Assembly (NCBI GenBank): GCA_963664825.1
Contig: OY761614.1
Location: forward strand, 1,728,001-1,792,000
Direction of reading: 5' to 3'
DNA length: 64,000 nucleotides
Origin: an uncultured Holophaga sp.
GTDB taxonomy: Bacteria; Acidobacteriota; Holophagae; Holophagales; Holophagaceae
Positions within the stretch are counted from its first letter, which is position 1, and each line of letters begins with the position of its first letter. The translations under genes were made by a program, and so were the position numbers. Below, in pieces: positions 31,837 through 41,871 of the stretch. Below the pieces are notes generated by a model that was given only the letters and a program-made list of their open reading frames with translations, did not search any database and was not told the DNA's origin.

Positions 31837-31992
31837 AGCCGTCGGAGCACGGCGCTCGCCATCCTGTGGGGAGCGATGTGAGGATTCCGCGAGCTTCAGA
31901 GAATGCTCGAGTGGGTCGAGGCAACCGAGCGGTCTGCGGGCCGCTCGGTTGCTTGTACTCGTCTGGAGCCCGAAGGATCGTAGACTGATTCG

Positions 31993-32688
31993 ATGCTGCT
32001 AGGTCTCGACACCACCACTGAACGCCTCCACCTCGCCCTCGTGGACGGGGCGAAGTCCTGGACCCGCTGTCTTCCGGTAGAGATTGGCCGGAGCCACAGC
32101 GCGGCCCTGCTGCCCGGCCTCAACGGATTGCTGGAAGAAGCCGGGGCGAAGCCTGGCGACTTGACGGGCTGTGTGGCCTGCGTGGGGCCAGGCGGATTCA
32201 CGAGCCTCCGTATCGGTGTAGCCACCGCGGAAGGCCTTGGCGTCACGGGCCTGCCCACCTGGGGATTTTCCGCCTTTGAATTGCGGGCCCGCGCCCTCCG
32301 CTGCGCCGGCTGGCTCACCCCCACCTGGATCCTCCTGGATGGCCAGCGCAGCGAGGCCTTCACCCAGAAATGGGCCGAGGAGGCCCTGACGCCGGCCGCC
32401 AAGCATCCCCTTCCGGAGCTGGCTCCCCTCCTGGGCGCCGATCCCTGGTGGGCCCCTGCGGGTTTCCGCCTCAAGGCCGAGAGCCATCTCTCCCGGCCAG
32501 CCTGCCTATTGGAGAACGAAGAGGAAGCCACCGTCGCCGCTCTTGCCGTCCTCTGTCGGGAGAAGTCCCTTCTTGCTCCCGAGGCCCCGCTCGTGCCCTT
32601 CTACCTGCGGGAGACGGATGCGGAGCTGAACTTTCCCCAGGCCTCCATCCATCTTTCCGAGGCCCTGCGCCGCGGCCACGCGCGCTGA
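31993..32688 (+). CDS. tsaB: tRNA threonylcarbamoyladenosine biosynthesis protein TsaB
   Basis: LLGLDTT, HSAALLP, GPGGFTSLRIGVATAEGL, PFYLR. Confidence 0.9.
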   Translation: MLLGLDTTTERLHLALVDGAKSWTRCLPVEIGRSHSAALLPGLNGLLEEAGAKPGDLTGCVACVGPGGFTSLRIGVATAEGLGVTGLPTWGFSAFELRARALRCAGWLTPTWILLDGQRSEAFTQKWAEEALTPAAKHPLPELAPLLGADPWWAPAGFRLKAESHLSRPACLLENEEEATVAALAVLCREKSLLAPEAPLVPFYLRETDAELNFPQASIHLSEALRRGHAR

Positions 32689-33140
32689 TGAACCAGGCTC
32701 CCAGGGACGGAGCCCTGGTCCATTTCGGTCCCGGATCGGCCCTGCCTGCTTGGGTCGAGGCCCTGGAACGGGAGGCCTTCGGCCAGTGCTGGGGGACTCT
32801 GGAAGCCCGGGAGGAAGCCTGGGCCCTGGATGGGCTCGGGTACATCCAGTGGGGCCTCATTCCTCAGGCAGGAGAGGCCGAACTGCTCCGCATCGCCGTG
32901 CGCCCGGAGGGCCGCGGTCAGGGCGTGGGAGGGCGGATCCTGCGGGAGAGCACCGAGGCCCTGGCTGCCATGGGCATCCGGGAGCTGCATCTGGAAGTGC
33001 GGATCTCGAATACTTCCGCAAGGCGCCTATACGAACGTGAGGGCTGGCGTCGCACGGGACTCCGCAAGGGCTATTACCGGGATGGCGAGGATGCGGCCCT
33101 GTACGGGAAGGAAATCCCGGGCCTTGCTCTTTTGGAGTGA
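32688..33140 (+). CDS. rimI: RimI-like GNAT acetyltransferase
   Basis: EAELLRIAV...RGQGVG...LEVRISN..ARRLYEREG...RKGYY; follows tsaB. Confidence 0.85.
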   Translation: MNQAPRDGALVHFGPGSALPAWVEALEREAFGQCWGTLEAREEAWALDGLGYIQWGLIPQAGEAELLRIAVRPEGRGQGVGGRILRESTEALAAMGIRELHLEVRISNTSARRLYEREGWRRTGLRKGYYRDGEDAALYGKEIPGLALLE

Positions 33141-33208
33141 GGTAATCGCTGCCTAGTTCTTTGGGAACGAGGATTGCACTGTCTCCTCCATTCTCCGATG
33201 GAGTCCCC

Positions 33209-33772
33209 ATGAGCATTTCGCCCCTGACCAGCTACGGCCTGCAATCCAGCCAGAGTTCCGCGCTCCAGGCCCTGCTGGCACGCATGCAATCCACGCATTC
33301 CGACCAGACCGCCTCCACCACCTCCGGGGACCAAGTCTCCGTGTCCTATTTCGCCCAGTATCTGTCCAAGGCCCCCAAGGATATTGCCGCCTCGCTCCAG
33401 GATCTGGTCACCACCCGCAAGGATGTCACAGCGGATCTTCAGACCCTCAAGACCTACTACACGGCCAATCCCAAGGAATTGACCAAGCTCAATGCCGCCA
33501 TGGAGCTTCAGAGCAGTCATTCGGTCCAGTTCGCCTCCATGACCCCCGCCATGCAGGCCGGCGTCATGGATCTCTACGCGCTCTCCGGCGACGTGGACGG
33601 CAGCTCCAGCACGGCGCCCACCAAGGCAGAACTGGGCAAGGCCATTCTTTCCGCCCTCCAAGAGGATAGTTCCGAGGCGCAGAGTTCCCTGCTGGACCTG
33701 CTCAATGGCAGCGATCAGGGTAGCTCGGCCGCCTCATCGGATAGCTATTCCCTGTTCTCGTACTTGAGCTGA
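33209..33772 (+). CDS. Hypothetical Ser/Gln-rich protein
   Basis: GGAG RBS; coding-like codon usage; no family recognised. Confidence 0.6.
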   Translation: MSISPLTSYGLQSSQSSALQALLARMQSTHSDQTASTTSGDQVSVSYFAQYLSKAPKDIAASLQDLVTTRKDVTADLQTLKTYYTANPKELTKLNAAMELQSSHSVQFASMTPAMQAGVMDLYALSGDVDGSSSTAPTKAELGKAILSALQEDSSEAQSSLLDLLNGSDQGSSAASSDSYSLFSYLS

Positions 33773-33775
33773 AGC

Positions 33776-35017
33776 TCAGGGCTTCTGGAAGAGGGCGATG
33801 CGGTTGCTATTGGTGCCCTTGGCGTTGTTGTCCACGCCCCAGATATTGGAGGTCTTGGTGAAGGCCTGCGCGTTGACCAGCAGGCCCATGGGCTGAAAGC
33901 CCGCCCGGATGCCCAGGGGCAGCACCACTTTTTCCAGGCGCACGGTGCCCTTGCGCACTTCGCCCACCTCGAAGGCCACGAAGCCACCGGGGCTCGTGAC
34001 CCGGAAGAGCTCCAGGAGGACTCCCTGCATGATGTCGGCCCAGGCTTCCACCGTGCGGGACATGGTGATGCCCCCGGCGATGGCTTCGGCATCCAGGCCG
34101 CAGAACCAGCAGCGTAGCCAGTTATCAGCGGCGTACTGGACCACGTCCAGGAAGGGGGGGCTGGTGATGGTGAGCTGAACGGAATCCGAGGCCAAGGGCT
34201 CCGTCGCCCGGGCGTCCCCGGTCATAAAATGAGCGCCGGGCGCGGCGTTGCTAAGGTTGCGGCGCATGTCCGGATTCAGATCAGACGTGAGCTGCCGGGT
34301 CTTCTTCAGGATCAGGGCGTGGGTATCGCGGTAGCTGGGCTCTTGACCTCGCCTGCGGTTGATCTCCACCTGCTTGGAGGCGCTGAGGGCCTGATTGGGC
34401 GGCAGCGTATAGACCGAGAAGAATCCCGGCGAGTGCCCCGTGAGGCGATTGGTGGCCACCATGCGGATCCAGGCATCGAGGCCATCCAATTGGTACGAAT
34501 GCTCCCGCTCCAGGAACCAGTTCTTGAGGGCGCGGATCTCGGCCTCGGTCCTGGCGTCGTAGAACATCGAGAGGTCCAGGCCATCTTGGGGGGCTCCATT
34601 CCTGGGAATAAGCTCGAGGCGGGCCTGTACCTCCGCGAGCTCCGGCGGCGTCAGGCGCGGGCGGGCCAGGATTTCCGAGAGGGGGTTGATATCGTTGGCG
34701 GCCACCTCGCGGCCCAGGAGGGCGGCCTCCAAGGCCGTGGTACCCCTTCCGCTGAAGGGGTCGTAGACTCGGTCCCCGGGTTGGGTGAGGCGCTCGACGA
34801 AGAGGCGGGGAAGCTGGGGCTTGTAGCAGGCCCGGTACGAGACCTCGTGGAGGCAGGAGGCCTGGCGTTGCCTGGAAGTCCAGAATTCCCGGATCCAGCA
34901 GGGGATACGCTCTCCCTCGATCACCAGCTCGGACCAAAGGCCTCTCGAATCCTCGGCAAAGGACTCCAGGAAGGCCTGCCGGGTCTCCCAAGGATTCCTG
35001 GATTTCAGCTTCGTCAT
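33776..35017 (-). CDS. Amino-type DNA methyltransferase (N4-C/N6-A), no neighbouring restriction nuclease
   Basis: SAM-binding DPFSGRGTT precedes catalytic TSPPF. Confidence 0.8.
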   Translation of the reverse strand: MTKLKSRNPWETRQAFLESFAEDSRGLWSELVIEGERIPCWIREFWTSRQRQASCLHEVSYRACYKPQLPRLFVERLTQPGDRVYDPFSGRGTTALEAALLGREVAANDINPLSEILARPRLTPPELAEVQARLELIPRNGAPQDGLDLSMFYDARTEAEIRALKNWFLEREHSYQLDGLDAWIRMVATNRLTGHSPGFFSVYTLPPNQALSASKQVEINRRRGQEPSYRDTHALILKKTRQLTSDLNPDMRRNLSNAAPGAHFMTGDARATEPLASDSVQLTITSPPFLDVVQYAADNWLRCWFCGLDAEAIAGGITMSRTVEAWADIMQGVLLELFRVTSPGGFVAFEVGEVRKGTVRLEKVVLPLGIRAGFQPMGLLVNAQAFTKTSNIWGVDNNAKGTNSNRIALFQKP

Positions 35018-35123
35018 CCCTACCCCTAGCCTGAAAGGGGGGACCGCCTGCTCTCGCTTGACCCCCACGGGTTGTTCAGGTGAAGCCCGGACATCGCGTC
35101 TGTTCCAGAGTAGCCTTTTCTCG

Positions 35124-37208
35124 ATGGATCCATCCAAGCCCAGACGCCACCCCGAGCTGAACCGCCTCTACGCGGCGGTTCTGTTGACCGTCCTCATCGG
35201 TGTGATCTTCCGCAGCTACAAGATCCTCGGCGCCCAGGTGGAATCGGGCATCGATGCCCCCAGCCGCTGGGCCTTGATGGCGCTGGGTCTGGCTAATACG
35301 CTGGCCATCGGCACCCTGATCTTCATCATCGCCCGCACCCTGGCCAAACTCTACTTCGAACGGCGCCGGGGCATCCTCGGGGCCCGCATCCGCACGCGGC
35401 TGGTGCTGGCCTTCTTCGCGGTCTGCCTCCTGCCGAGCCTAGCCCTCTTCCTCATTGGCAGGGATTTCATCAGCAAGAACGTGAAGCGCTGGTTCGTGCC
35501 CGAGACCCAGGAGATGATCCTGGATGGGAAGGCCATTTCCAAGGCCTACCGCGGGCAGATGGAGGCCCGGCTCCGCAATGCCCTGGAGCGTCTTCCCGTG
35601 AGCGCCACCGGAGACCTGGGGGACCTGCGCCAGGAGGCGGGACTGGATCTTCTGATGCGTGTGGATTCCTCCGGCACTCCCCTGGATCTCGCCAAGGGGC
35701 TGCCTGCGCCCCTCATTCCCGGGGATATCTCCGGGGCGATTCTGCAGGATACGGGCCGGGGGATGTGGCTGCTGGCGCCCTCGGAGCTGAGGCGTCCGGG
35801 ACCGCGGTTTGTAGCGGGCTTCTTCGTGCCCAAGGAAATCCAGGATGGAATCCTGCGCCTGGACAAACGCTCCAAGGATTCCTCCCAGATCCATGCCTTC
35901 CGGGAAAACCTCGAGACTATTCCCCAGAACACCTTCCTATTGCTCACGCTCTTCACCCTATTCTTCGCCGTCTGGGTGGGGCTCGCCATCGCCCGCACCA
36001 TCTCGGAACCCGTGCGGGCCCTGGCCAAGGCCGCCCAGCGGGTGGGTACGGGTGATCTGGAGGTGCTGCTGCCGGTTCAGGGCGAGGACGAACTGGCCTT
36101 GCTCTCCGCCAGCTTCAACGCCATGACCCGGGACCTGCGCCAGAACCGATCGGCCCTCGACGCCCAGGCCGAGCGCATCAAGCGTGCGGGAACCTATCTC
36201 GGGCAGCTGCTGGAGGCCCTGCCCGTGGGTGTGCTCGGTTGGAACAAGGACGGTGAACTGCGCACCTTCAACCCCACCGCCCGCCGTTGGCTGGGTCTGG
36301 AAGGCTGGGATTCCTCCGCCTCTCAATGGAGTGAACTGGCAGTGCAACCCCGCATGGGCGGTCTGGCCACCCTGGTGAAGGAGGTCCGGGACGCCGGGCG
36401 CCCGCGGGAGGAGGAACTCCGCATCGGCGGCGAAGGCGAGGGCCGCCCTGTGCGCGCCATCGTGGTGCCGATCTCCGAAGGGGGGGAACTGGCGGTGCTG
36501 GAGGATCTCTCCCTGCTGGCCCAGGCCGAGAAACGTGCAGCCTGGCAGGAGGTAGCCCGGCGCATGGCCCACGAGGTGAAGAACCCCCTCACGCCCATCC
36601 AGCTCACGGCCCAGCGCTTGCTGCGCCGCAGCCGGGAAGGGCGCCTCGATCCCCAGAGTGTGGCCGAAGGGGCCGAGACGATCCTCGCGGAGGTGAAGAG
36701 TCTCTCCCGCCTGGTGGATAGCTTCAGCCGCTTTGCCAAGCTGCCCGCGCCCCAGCCCCGGCCCCTGGATGCCTGCGAACTCCTGCGCCAGGTCCAAGCC
36801 CTGTACGCGCCCACCCACCCGGGCATCCGCTTCGAACTCGAGAGCCCCAAGGGTCCCCTGGAGGTCCAGTGGGATGCCGATATGGTGAAGCGCGCCCTCA
36901 TCAATCTCGTCGATAATGCCGTGAGCGCCCTGGAGGAAAAGGGTTGCATCCGCCTTTCACTGAGCCCCGAGACTGGGCGCATTCGCCTTCAGGTGGAGGA
37001 CGATGGCGCGGGGGTGCCGGAAGAAATCCGGGAGCGGCTCTTCGAACCCTACTTCTCCACCAAGCGCAAGGGCACGGGCCTGGGGCTGGCCATCGTGCGC
37101 CGCATCGCCCAGGACCATGGGGGCGAGGCCCATTACCAGCCCCTTGCCCAGGGCAGCCAGTTCTGTCTGCTGTTGCCCCTGGTGCTTCCCCTGCGCGAAA
37201 TCCGCTGA
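35124..37208 (+). CDS. NtrY-like membrane sensor histidine kinase (HAMP, PAS-like, HisKA, HATPase)
   Basis: AAWQEVARRMAHEVKNPLTPIQL, INLVDNA, DDGAG, PYFSTKRKGTGLGL. Confidence 0.9.
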   Translation: MDPSKPRRHPELNRLYAAVLLTVLIGVIFRSYKILGAQVESGIDAPSRWALMALGLANTLAIGTLIFIIARTLAKLYFERRRGILGARIRTRLVLAFFAVCLLPSLALFLIGRDFISKNVKRWFVPETQEMILDGKAISKAYRGQMEARLRNALERLPVSATGDLGDLRQEAGLDLLMRVDSSGTPLDLAKGLPAPLIPGDISGAILQDTGRGMWLLAPSELRRPGPRFVAGFFVPKEIQDGILRLDKRSKDSSQIHAFRENLETIPQNTFLLLTLFTLFFAVWVGLAIARTISEPVRALAKAAQRVGTGDLEVLLPVQGEDELALLSASFNAMTRDLRQNRSALDAQAERIKRAGTYLGQLLEALPVGVLGWNKDGELRTFNPTARRWLGLEGWDSSASQWSELAVQPRMGGLATLVKEVRDAGRPREEELRIGGEGEGRPVRAIVVPISEGGELAVLEDLSLLAQAEKRAAWQEVARRMAHEVKNPLTPIQLTAQRLLRRSREGRLDPQSVAEGAETILAEVKSLSRLVDSFSRFAKLPAPQPRPLDACELLRQVQALYAPTHPGIRFELESPKGPLEVQWDADMVKRALINLVDNAVSALEEKGCIRLSLSPETGRIRLQVEDDGAGVPEEIRERLFEPYFSTKRKGTGLGLAIVRRIAQDHGGEAHYQPLAQGSQFCLLLPLVLPLREIR

Positions 37209-37217
37209 ACCCCTAGG

Positions 37218-37733
37218 TCACACCCTCAGGACGCTGAAGACAGGAAGGCCCTTGAGCTTTTCCCGGCCCGGCAGATCATCGACTTCCACGAAGAGGGTGA
37301 GGGCGATGGCCTGGGCACCCGTGGCCTCGATGAGCTTGCGTGCGGCTGCGGCGGTGGCGCCCGTGGCCAGCACATCATCGACGATGAGCACGCGATCGCC
37401 GGGCTTGAAGGCGCCCCTGTGGATCTCCAGGGCGTCATTGCTGCCGTCGGTGGCCACATAGCCTTCCCGGAGGGTGGCCCCGGGCAGTTTGCCGGGCTTG
37501 CGGGCGGGCACGAAGCCCAGGCCCAGTTTCTGCGCCAGGGCCGAACCGAAGATGAAGCCTCGAGATTCCAGCCCCAGCACATGGGTGGGCTGGAGGGTCA
37601 GCACCGGGGCGGCCATGGCCTCCACGGCCCAGCCGAAGGCCTGAGCATCCACCAGCAGGGGGGTGATATCCCAGGAACTGAGGCCGGGCCTTGGGAAATC
37701 CTGCACTTCTCGAACGTGGTTCTTGAAATCCAT
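37218..37733 (-). CDS. apt: Adenine phosphoribosyltransferase-like protein
   Basis: DFPRPG..DITPLL, GLESRGF, ARKPGKLPG, VLIVDDVLATG. Confidence 0.8.
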   Translation of the reverse strand: MDFKNHVREVQDFPRPGLSSWDITPLLVDAQAFGWAVEAMAAPVLTLQPTHVLGLESRGFIFGSALAQKLGLGFVPARKPGKLPGATLREGYVATDGSNDALEIHRGAFKPGDRVLIVDDVLATGATAAAARKLIEATGAQAIALTLFVEVDDLPGREKLKGLPVFSVLRV

Positions 37734-37742
37734 GGGACCTCG

Positions 37743-38054
37743 CTATGAGCGAATCTCGAAGGGAAAGGGAAGTGATTCTCCCTCGGAAAGGAGGCTCCAG
37801 TCCAGTTTGGAGACGCAGCCGAAGACCGAACCCCGTTCCAACGCCACCCGCAGAGCCTCCAACTGGGCTTCGGAGCCCTCGGCCTGACCCACCACCGAAC
37901 GGTCCCATTCATTCCTGACGAAGCCCCCCAGGCCCAGGGACTGGGCCTCGTGGCAGACGTAGCTCCTGAATCCCACGCCCTGCACGTAGCCGTGTGCTGC
38001 GAAGGCCACTCTCAAGGTCTGTCTCCGTGAGGAGGTGGGAGCAGGCTCGTCCAA
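37743..38054 (-). CDS. Acylphosphatase
   Basis: GYVQGVGFR...LGLGGFVRN. Confidence 0.85.
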   Translation of the reverse strand: MDEPAPTSSRRQTLRVAFAAHGYVQGVGFRSYVCHEAQSLGLGGFVRNEWDRSVVGQAEGSEAQLEALRVALERGSVFGCVSKLDWSLLSEGESLPFPFEIRS

Positions 38055-38063
38055 GGAAAGGCC

Positions 38064-38588
38064 TTAGCGGTGGCCGCGGCCTTCCTCGCCCCGGGGACCT
38101 TCAGGCTTGCCCCGCTCGTCCCGGCGATCCCGTTTTTCCTCCCGGCGCTCCCGCTTCTCTTCGCGCTTTTCCTCCCGGCGTTCATGCTGGGGTTTCATGA
38201 TTGGGCGCCGCGCGTCGGGCCGCTCCAGCGGACGGGGCTCAGGCCGCGGTGCGGGGGGATGGGGCATATCGTGGTGCCAGTTCCGGTAGCGGCCCTCTGG
38301 CATCCGCATCAGGGACGGCGGCACGCGATGGTACTCGATGCCGTAGAAGTGGGCCCGAGGCGAACGCGAACGGTACCAGCCATCGGAGCGACGGCACCAG
38401 TACCAGCCCCGGTGGAAAAAGACTTCGTCGTCGAAGCCCTCTACGACCTGGATGCCAGGCTCCACCACCACGAGGCGCGGGGCGACGGGCAGTCCCAGAT
38501 CAATATGAATGCTTACCTGGGCCCGAGCCGGGGGAGGGCATAAAACCAGGAGCCCTGCGAGGGAGAGTGCGTGGCCGAGTCTCGTCAT
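38064..38588 (-). CDS. Hypothetical secreted protein with Trp/Tyr-rich core and charged tail
   Basis: Signal peptide; EVFFHRGWYW..SDGWYRS; ERREEKR repeats. Confidence 0.7.
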   Translation of the reverse strand: MTRLGHALSLAGLLVLCPPPARAQVSIHIDLGLPVAPRLVVVEPGIQVVEGFDDEVFFHRGWYWCRRSDGWYRSRSPRAHFYGIEYHRVPPSLMRMPEGRYRNWHHDMPHPPAPRPEPRPLERPDARRPIMKPQHERREEKREEKRERREEKRDRRDERGKPEGPRGEEGRGHR

Positions 38589-38763
38589 GTTCGGATCCTC
38601 TTGAAAACATCTTGCTCCAAAGCGTATCGGTTCGTACGGAGGAACTCATGACCCCGCCGGGAGGCCCTGGGTCTTCGGCCGCCCGCCCCTATGTTCCACA
38701 GCGCTGGGACGGCTCGGAGGCCTGGCCCAGCGCTGGGAAGGAAACCGAACCTCCTGTTCGGGA

Positions 38764-39903
38764 TCAGAGCATCTTGGCGATGGTCATGAGCTGCATGAAG
38801 GTCGTGCCCTCGTAGATCTTTCCGATCTTGGAATCCCGGAAGTACTTCTCGGCGGGGTAGTCCTTGGTGAAGCCGTATCCGCCGAAGAGTTCAAGGGATT
38901 CGCTGGCGACCCATTCGGCGGTCTGGCTGGTGAAGTACTTCGCCATGGCGGCTTCCTTGACGAAGGGCTGGCCCGCATCCTTGAGCTTGGCGGCGTTGTA
39001 GGTCATGAGGCGGGCGGCCTCGACGCGGCTGGCCATCTCGGCCAGGCGGATCTGGATGGCCTGGAAATTGAAGATGGGCTGCCCGAACTGCTGGCGTTCT
39101 TTGGTGTAGGCCAGGGCCTGCTCCAGGGCCCCCTCGGCGAGGCCCACCATCTGGGCGGAAATGCCGATGCGGCCCTCGTTGAGGGTCTCGATGGCCACCT
39201 TGTAGCCCTTGCCCACCTCGCCCAGGACGTGCTCGGCACCCAGCCGCACATCGGCCAGGGAGAGCTCGCAGGTGGAGCTGGCCCGGATGCCCAGTTTGTT
39301 TTCCTTCTTGCCCACGGTGAAGCCGGGCATGCCGCGCTCCACCATGAAGGCCGTGATGCCCTTGTAGCCGGCCTCGGGATTCACCGTGGCGAAGACGATG
39401 AAGATATCGGCCTGCTGGGCGTTGGTGATCCACATCTTGCTGCCGTTGAGCACCCAACCGTCGCCATCTTGCACGGCCCGGCACTTCAGGGAGAAGGCAT
39501 CACAGCCGGAATCGGATTCGGAGAGGGCGTAGGCGCCGACTTTCTTGGTGCAGAGCTGGGGCAGGTACTTGGCCTTCAGGGCGGGGCTGCCCCATCGCAG
39601 AATGCAGTTATTCACAAGCGTGTTCTGCACATCCACTAGCACGGCCACGGAGGGGTCGACCCGGGAGAGTTCCTCGATCACCAGGATCGCGTTGAAGAAA
39701 TTGGAGCCGATGCCGCCGTATTCCTCGGGCACTTCGATGCCCATGATATCGAGCCCAAAGAATTTCTTGATGAGCTCGGGATTCATCTGCTGGGCTTCAT
39801 CCATTTCCATCGTCAGCGGGGCGATCTCGTTCTTGGCGAAATCGGCCACCATTTCGCGGAAGGCCAGTTCTTCTTCATTCAGCATGGTCAGTGGGTTCGA
39901 CAT
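38764..39903 (-). CDS. Acyl-CoA dehydrogenase
   Basis: YALSESDSGCD, NGSKMWITN, KLGIRASST, FGGYGF, IYEGT. Confidence 0.95.
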   Translation of the reverse strand: MSNPLTMLNEEELAFREMVADFAKNEIAPLTMEMDEAQQMNPELIKKFFGLDIMGIEVPEEYGGIGSNFFNAILVIEELSRVDPSVAVLVDVQNTLVNNCILRWGSPALKAKYLPQLCTKKVGAYALSESDSGCDAFSLKCRAVQDGDGWVLNGSKMWITNAQQADIFIVFATVNPEAGYKGITAFMVERGMPGFTVGKKENKLGIRASSTCELSLADVRLGAEHVLGEVGKGYKVAIETLNEGRIGISAQMVGLAEGALEQALAYTKERQQFGQPIFNFQAIQIRLAEMASRVEAARLMTYNAAKLKDAGQPFVKEAAMAKYFTSQTAEWVASESLELFGGYGFTKDYPAEKYFRDSKIGKIYEGTTFMQLMTIAKML

Positions 39904-40187
39904 GATTTCCTCACGGGGTTGGGGGGGCGGTTTGGAGTCTCAGGGGGCGTTCCGGGAAGCGTCGAACCTATCCGGGGGGCAGGAGCCTGCGGCGCCGCAG
40001 GCGGCGCCCTTCGATCTGGCGATCGCGGTGTTGTGCATCGATCTGGATGGGGGCTCCCTGCATGAATCCATTCTGGGTCAGGAGGGGGCGTTCGGGAAGA
40101 AGGGTAGAATGGACTTCCTCCTGGAAGGGCTGGCAGATTCGAGCCTCTCCACCCTTTCGGCGCTGCCCCTCGTTTTGTCGGAGCCCC

Positions 40188-41819
40188 ATGATCTCGTTTT
40201 CGAATGTCAGCAAGCAGTACGGCCAGCAGGTCCTCTTTATCGATGCGAGTTTCCAGCTCAATCCTGGGGAAAAGGCGGGCCTGGTGGGCCCCAATGGTGC
40301 TGGGAAGTCCACTCTCTTCCGCATGATCATGGGCGAGGAGCATCCCGACGACGGTACGGTGAGCCTTCCTAAGAAGCTCACCGTGGGCTATTTCCGCCAG
40401 GAGGTCGACGAGATGGCGGGACGCCCCGTGCTCGATGAGGCCATCGCGGGCAGCGGACGCCTGGGGGATCTCCACCACGAGCTGATGGATCTTCAGCAGG
40501 CCATGGGGGACCCCGAGCGGGGCCACGAACTGGATGCGATCCTGGAGCGTTTCGGCCATGTGCAGGAGGAGTACGAGCACATGGGAGGCTATGACTTGGA
40601 GGCCAAGGCCCGGGCATGTCTCCTGGGCCTGGGCTTCGAGGACGATCAGATCGATGGCGATGTGGGGGCGCTTTCCGGCGGCTGGAAGATGCGCGTCTCC
40701 ATGGCCAAGGTGCTGCTGGGCACTTTTGATGTGCTGCTGCTGGACGAACCCACCAACCATCTGGATATCGAATCGATTCTCTGGCTGGAGGGCTTCCTCA
40801 AGAGCGTGTCCTCCACCCTGCTGATGACCTCCCATGACCGTGACTTCATGAACCGTATCGTCTCGAAGGTCATCGAGATCGATGGCGGCGATATCGTCAC
40901 CTATTCCGGCGACTACGATTTCTACGTCCGCGAGCGGGAGACCCGGGAGACCAACCAGGAGGCGGCCTACGCCCGCCAGCAGGCCAAGCTGGCCAAGGAA
41001 CAGCGCTTCATTGACCGCTTCGCCGCCCACGCCGCCAAGGCCGCCCAGGTGCAGAGCCGAGTGAAGGCCCTGGACAAGATCGAGCGCATCGAATTGCCCA
41101 AGAAGCGCAAGGTCGTGAAGTGGGATTTCCGCATTCCAGGCCGCTCCGGGGACGATGTGGCCATGCTGGAAGGGGTCTGCAAGGCCTACGGGAAGCGTCG
41201 GATCTACACGGGTTTCGATTTCCATATCCGCCGGGGCGAGCGCTGGTGCGTGATGGGCAAGAACGGGGCGGGCAAATCCACCCTCCTGAAGATGATCGCC
41301 GGGGCGCTGGAACCGGATGGGGGCACCGTGCGCCTGGGGGCCAGCCTCAAGCTGGGTTACTTCGCCCAGCAATCCCTGGATCTCCTGGACCCTGAGCTCA
41401 CGGTGCAGGAGCAGATGCAGCAGGACTTCCCCATGGAGGGCCTGGGTGTGATCCGCAATCTGCTGGGGGCCTTCCAGTTCTCCGGGGACGATGTGGATAA
41501 GCGGATCCGCTCCCTCTCCGGGGGCGAAAAGAGTCGCCTGGCCATGGCCCGAATGCTATTTGATCCCCCCAATTTCCTAGTGTTGGACGAGCCCACCAAT
41601 CACCTGGATCTGGCCACCAAGGAGATGCTCATCGAGGCCCTGAAGGACTTCGAGGGCACCATGCTCTTCGTCTCCCATGACCGCACCTTCCTGCGGGGTC
41701 TGGCCAATCGCGTGTTGGAGCTGGGCTGCGAGGAGCACGAGGGCCCCATGCTTTTCGGCGGTTCCTATCCGGAATACGTGGACAAGACCGGGCGAGAGGC
41801 TCCGGGCGTGCATGCCTGA
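40188..41819 (+). CDS. ABC-F family ATPase
   Basis: Two ABC domains (GPNGAGKST and GKNGAGKST, LSGG, LDEPTNHLD); no TM segments. Confidence 0.95.
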   Translation: MISFSNVSKQYGQQVLFIDASFQLNPGEKAGLVGPNGAGKSTLFRMIMGEEHPDDGTVSLPKKLTVGYFRQEVDEMAGRPVLDEAIAGSGRLGDLHHELMDLQQAMGDPERGHELDAILERFGHVQEEYEHMGGYDLEAKARACLLGLGFEDDQIDGDVGALSGGWKMRVSMAKVLLGTFDVLLLDEPTNHLDIESILWLEGFLKSVSSTLLMTSHDRDFMNRIVSKVIEIDGGDIVTYSGDYDFYVRERETRETNQEAAYARQQAKLAKEQRFIDRFAAHAAKAAQVQSRVKALDKIERIELPKKRKVVKWDFRIPGRSGDDVAMLEGVCKAYGKRRIYTGFDFHIRRGERWCVMGKNGAGKSTLLKMIAGALEPDGGTVRLGASLKLGYFAQQSLDLLDPELTVQEQMQQDFPMEGLGVIRNLLGAFQFSGDDVDKRIRSLSGGEKSRLAMARMLFDPPNFLVLDEPTNHLDLATKEMLIEALKDFEGTMLFVSHDRTFLRGLANRVLELGCEEHEGPMLFGGSYPEYVDKTGREAPGVHA

Positions 41820-41871
41820 GCTCGGAGTTTCACGGATTCATCTTGAAATTCTTTTCTTCGAAAGACCACAC

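Noticed and set aside
31921..31952. 14-bp stem hairpin between rpmB and tsaB as an ncRNA or REP element
   Set aside because: Single copy, no recognisable RNA family motif; most simply a terminator or stabilising hairpin
38699..38745. CAGCGCTGGG...CCCAGCGCTG inverted repeat downstream of acyl-CoA dehydrogenase
   Set aside because: Isolated GC-rich stem with no further support
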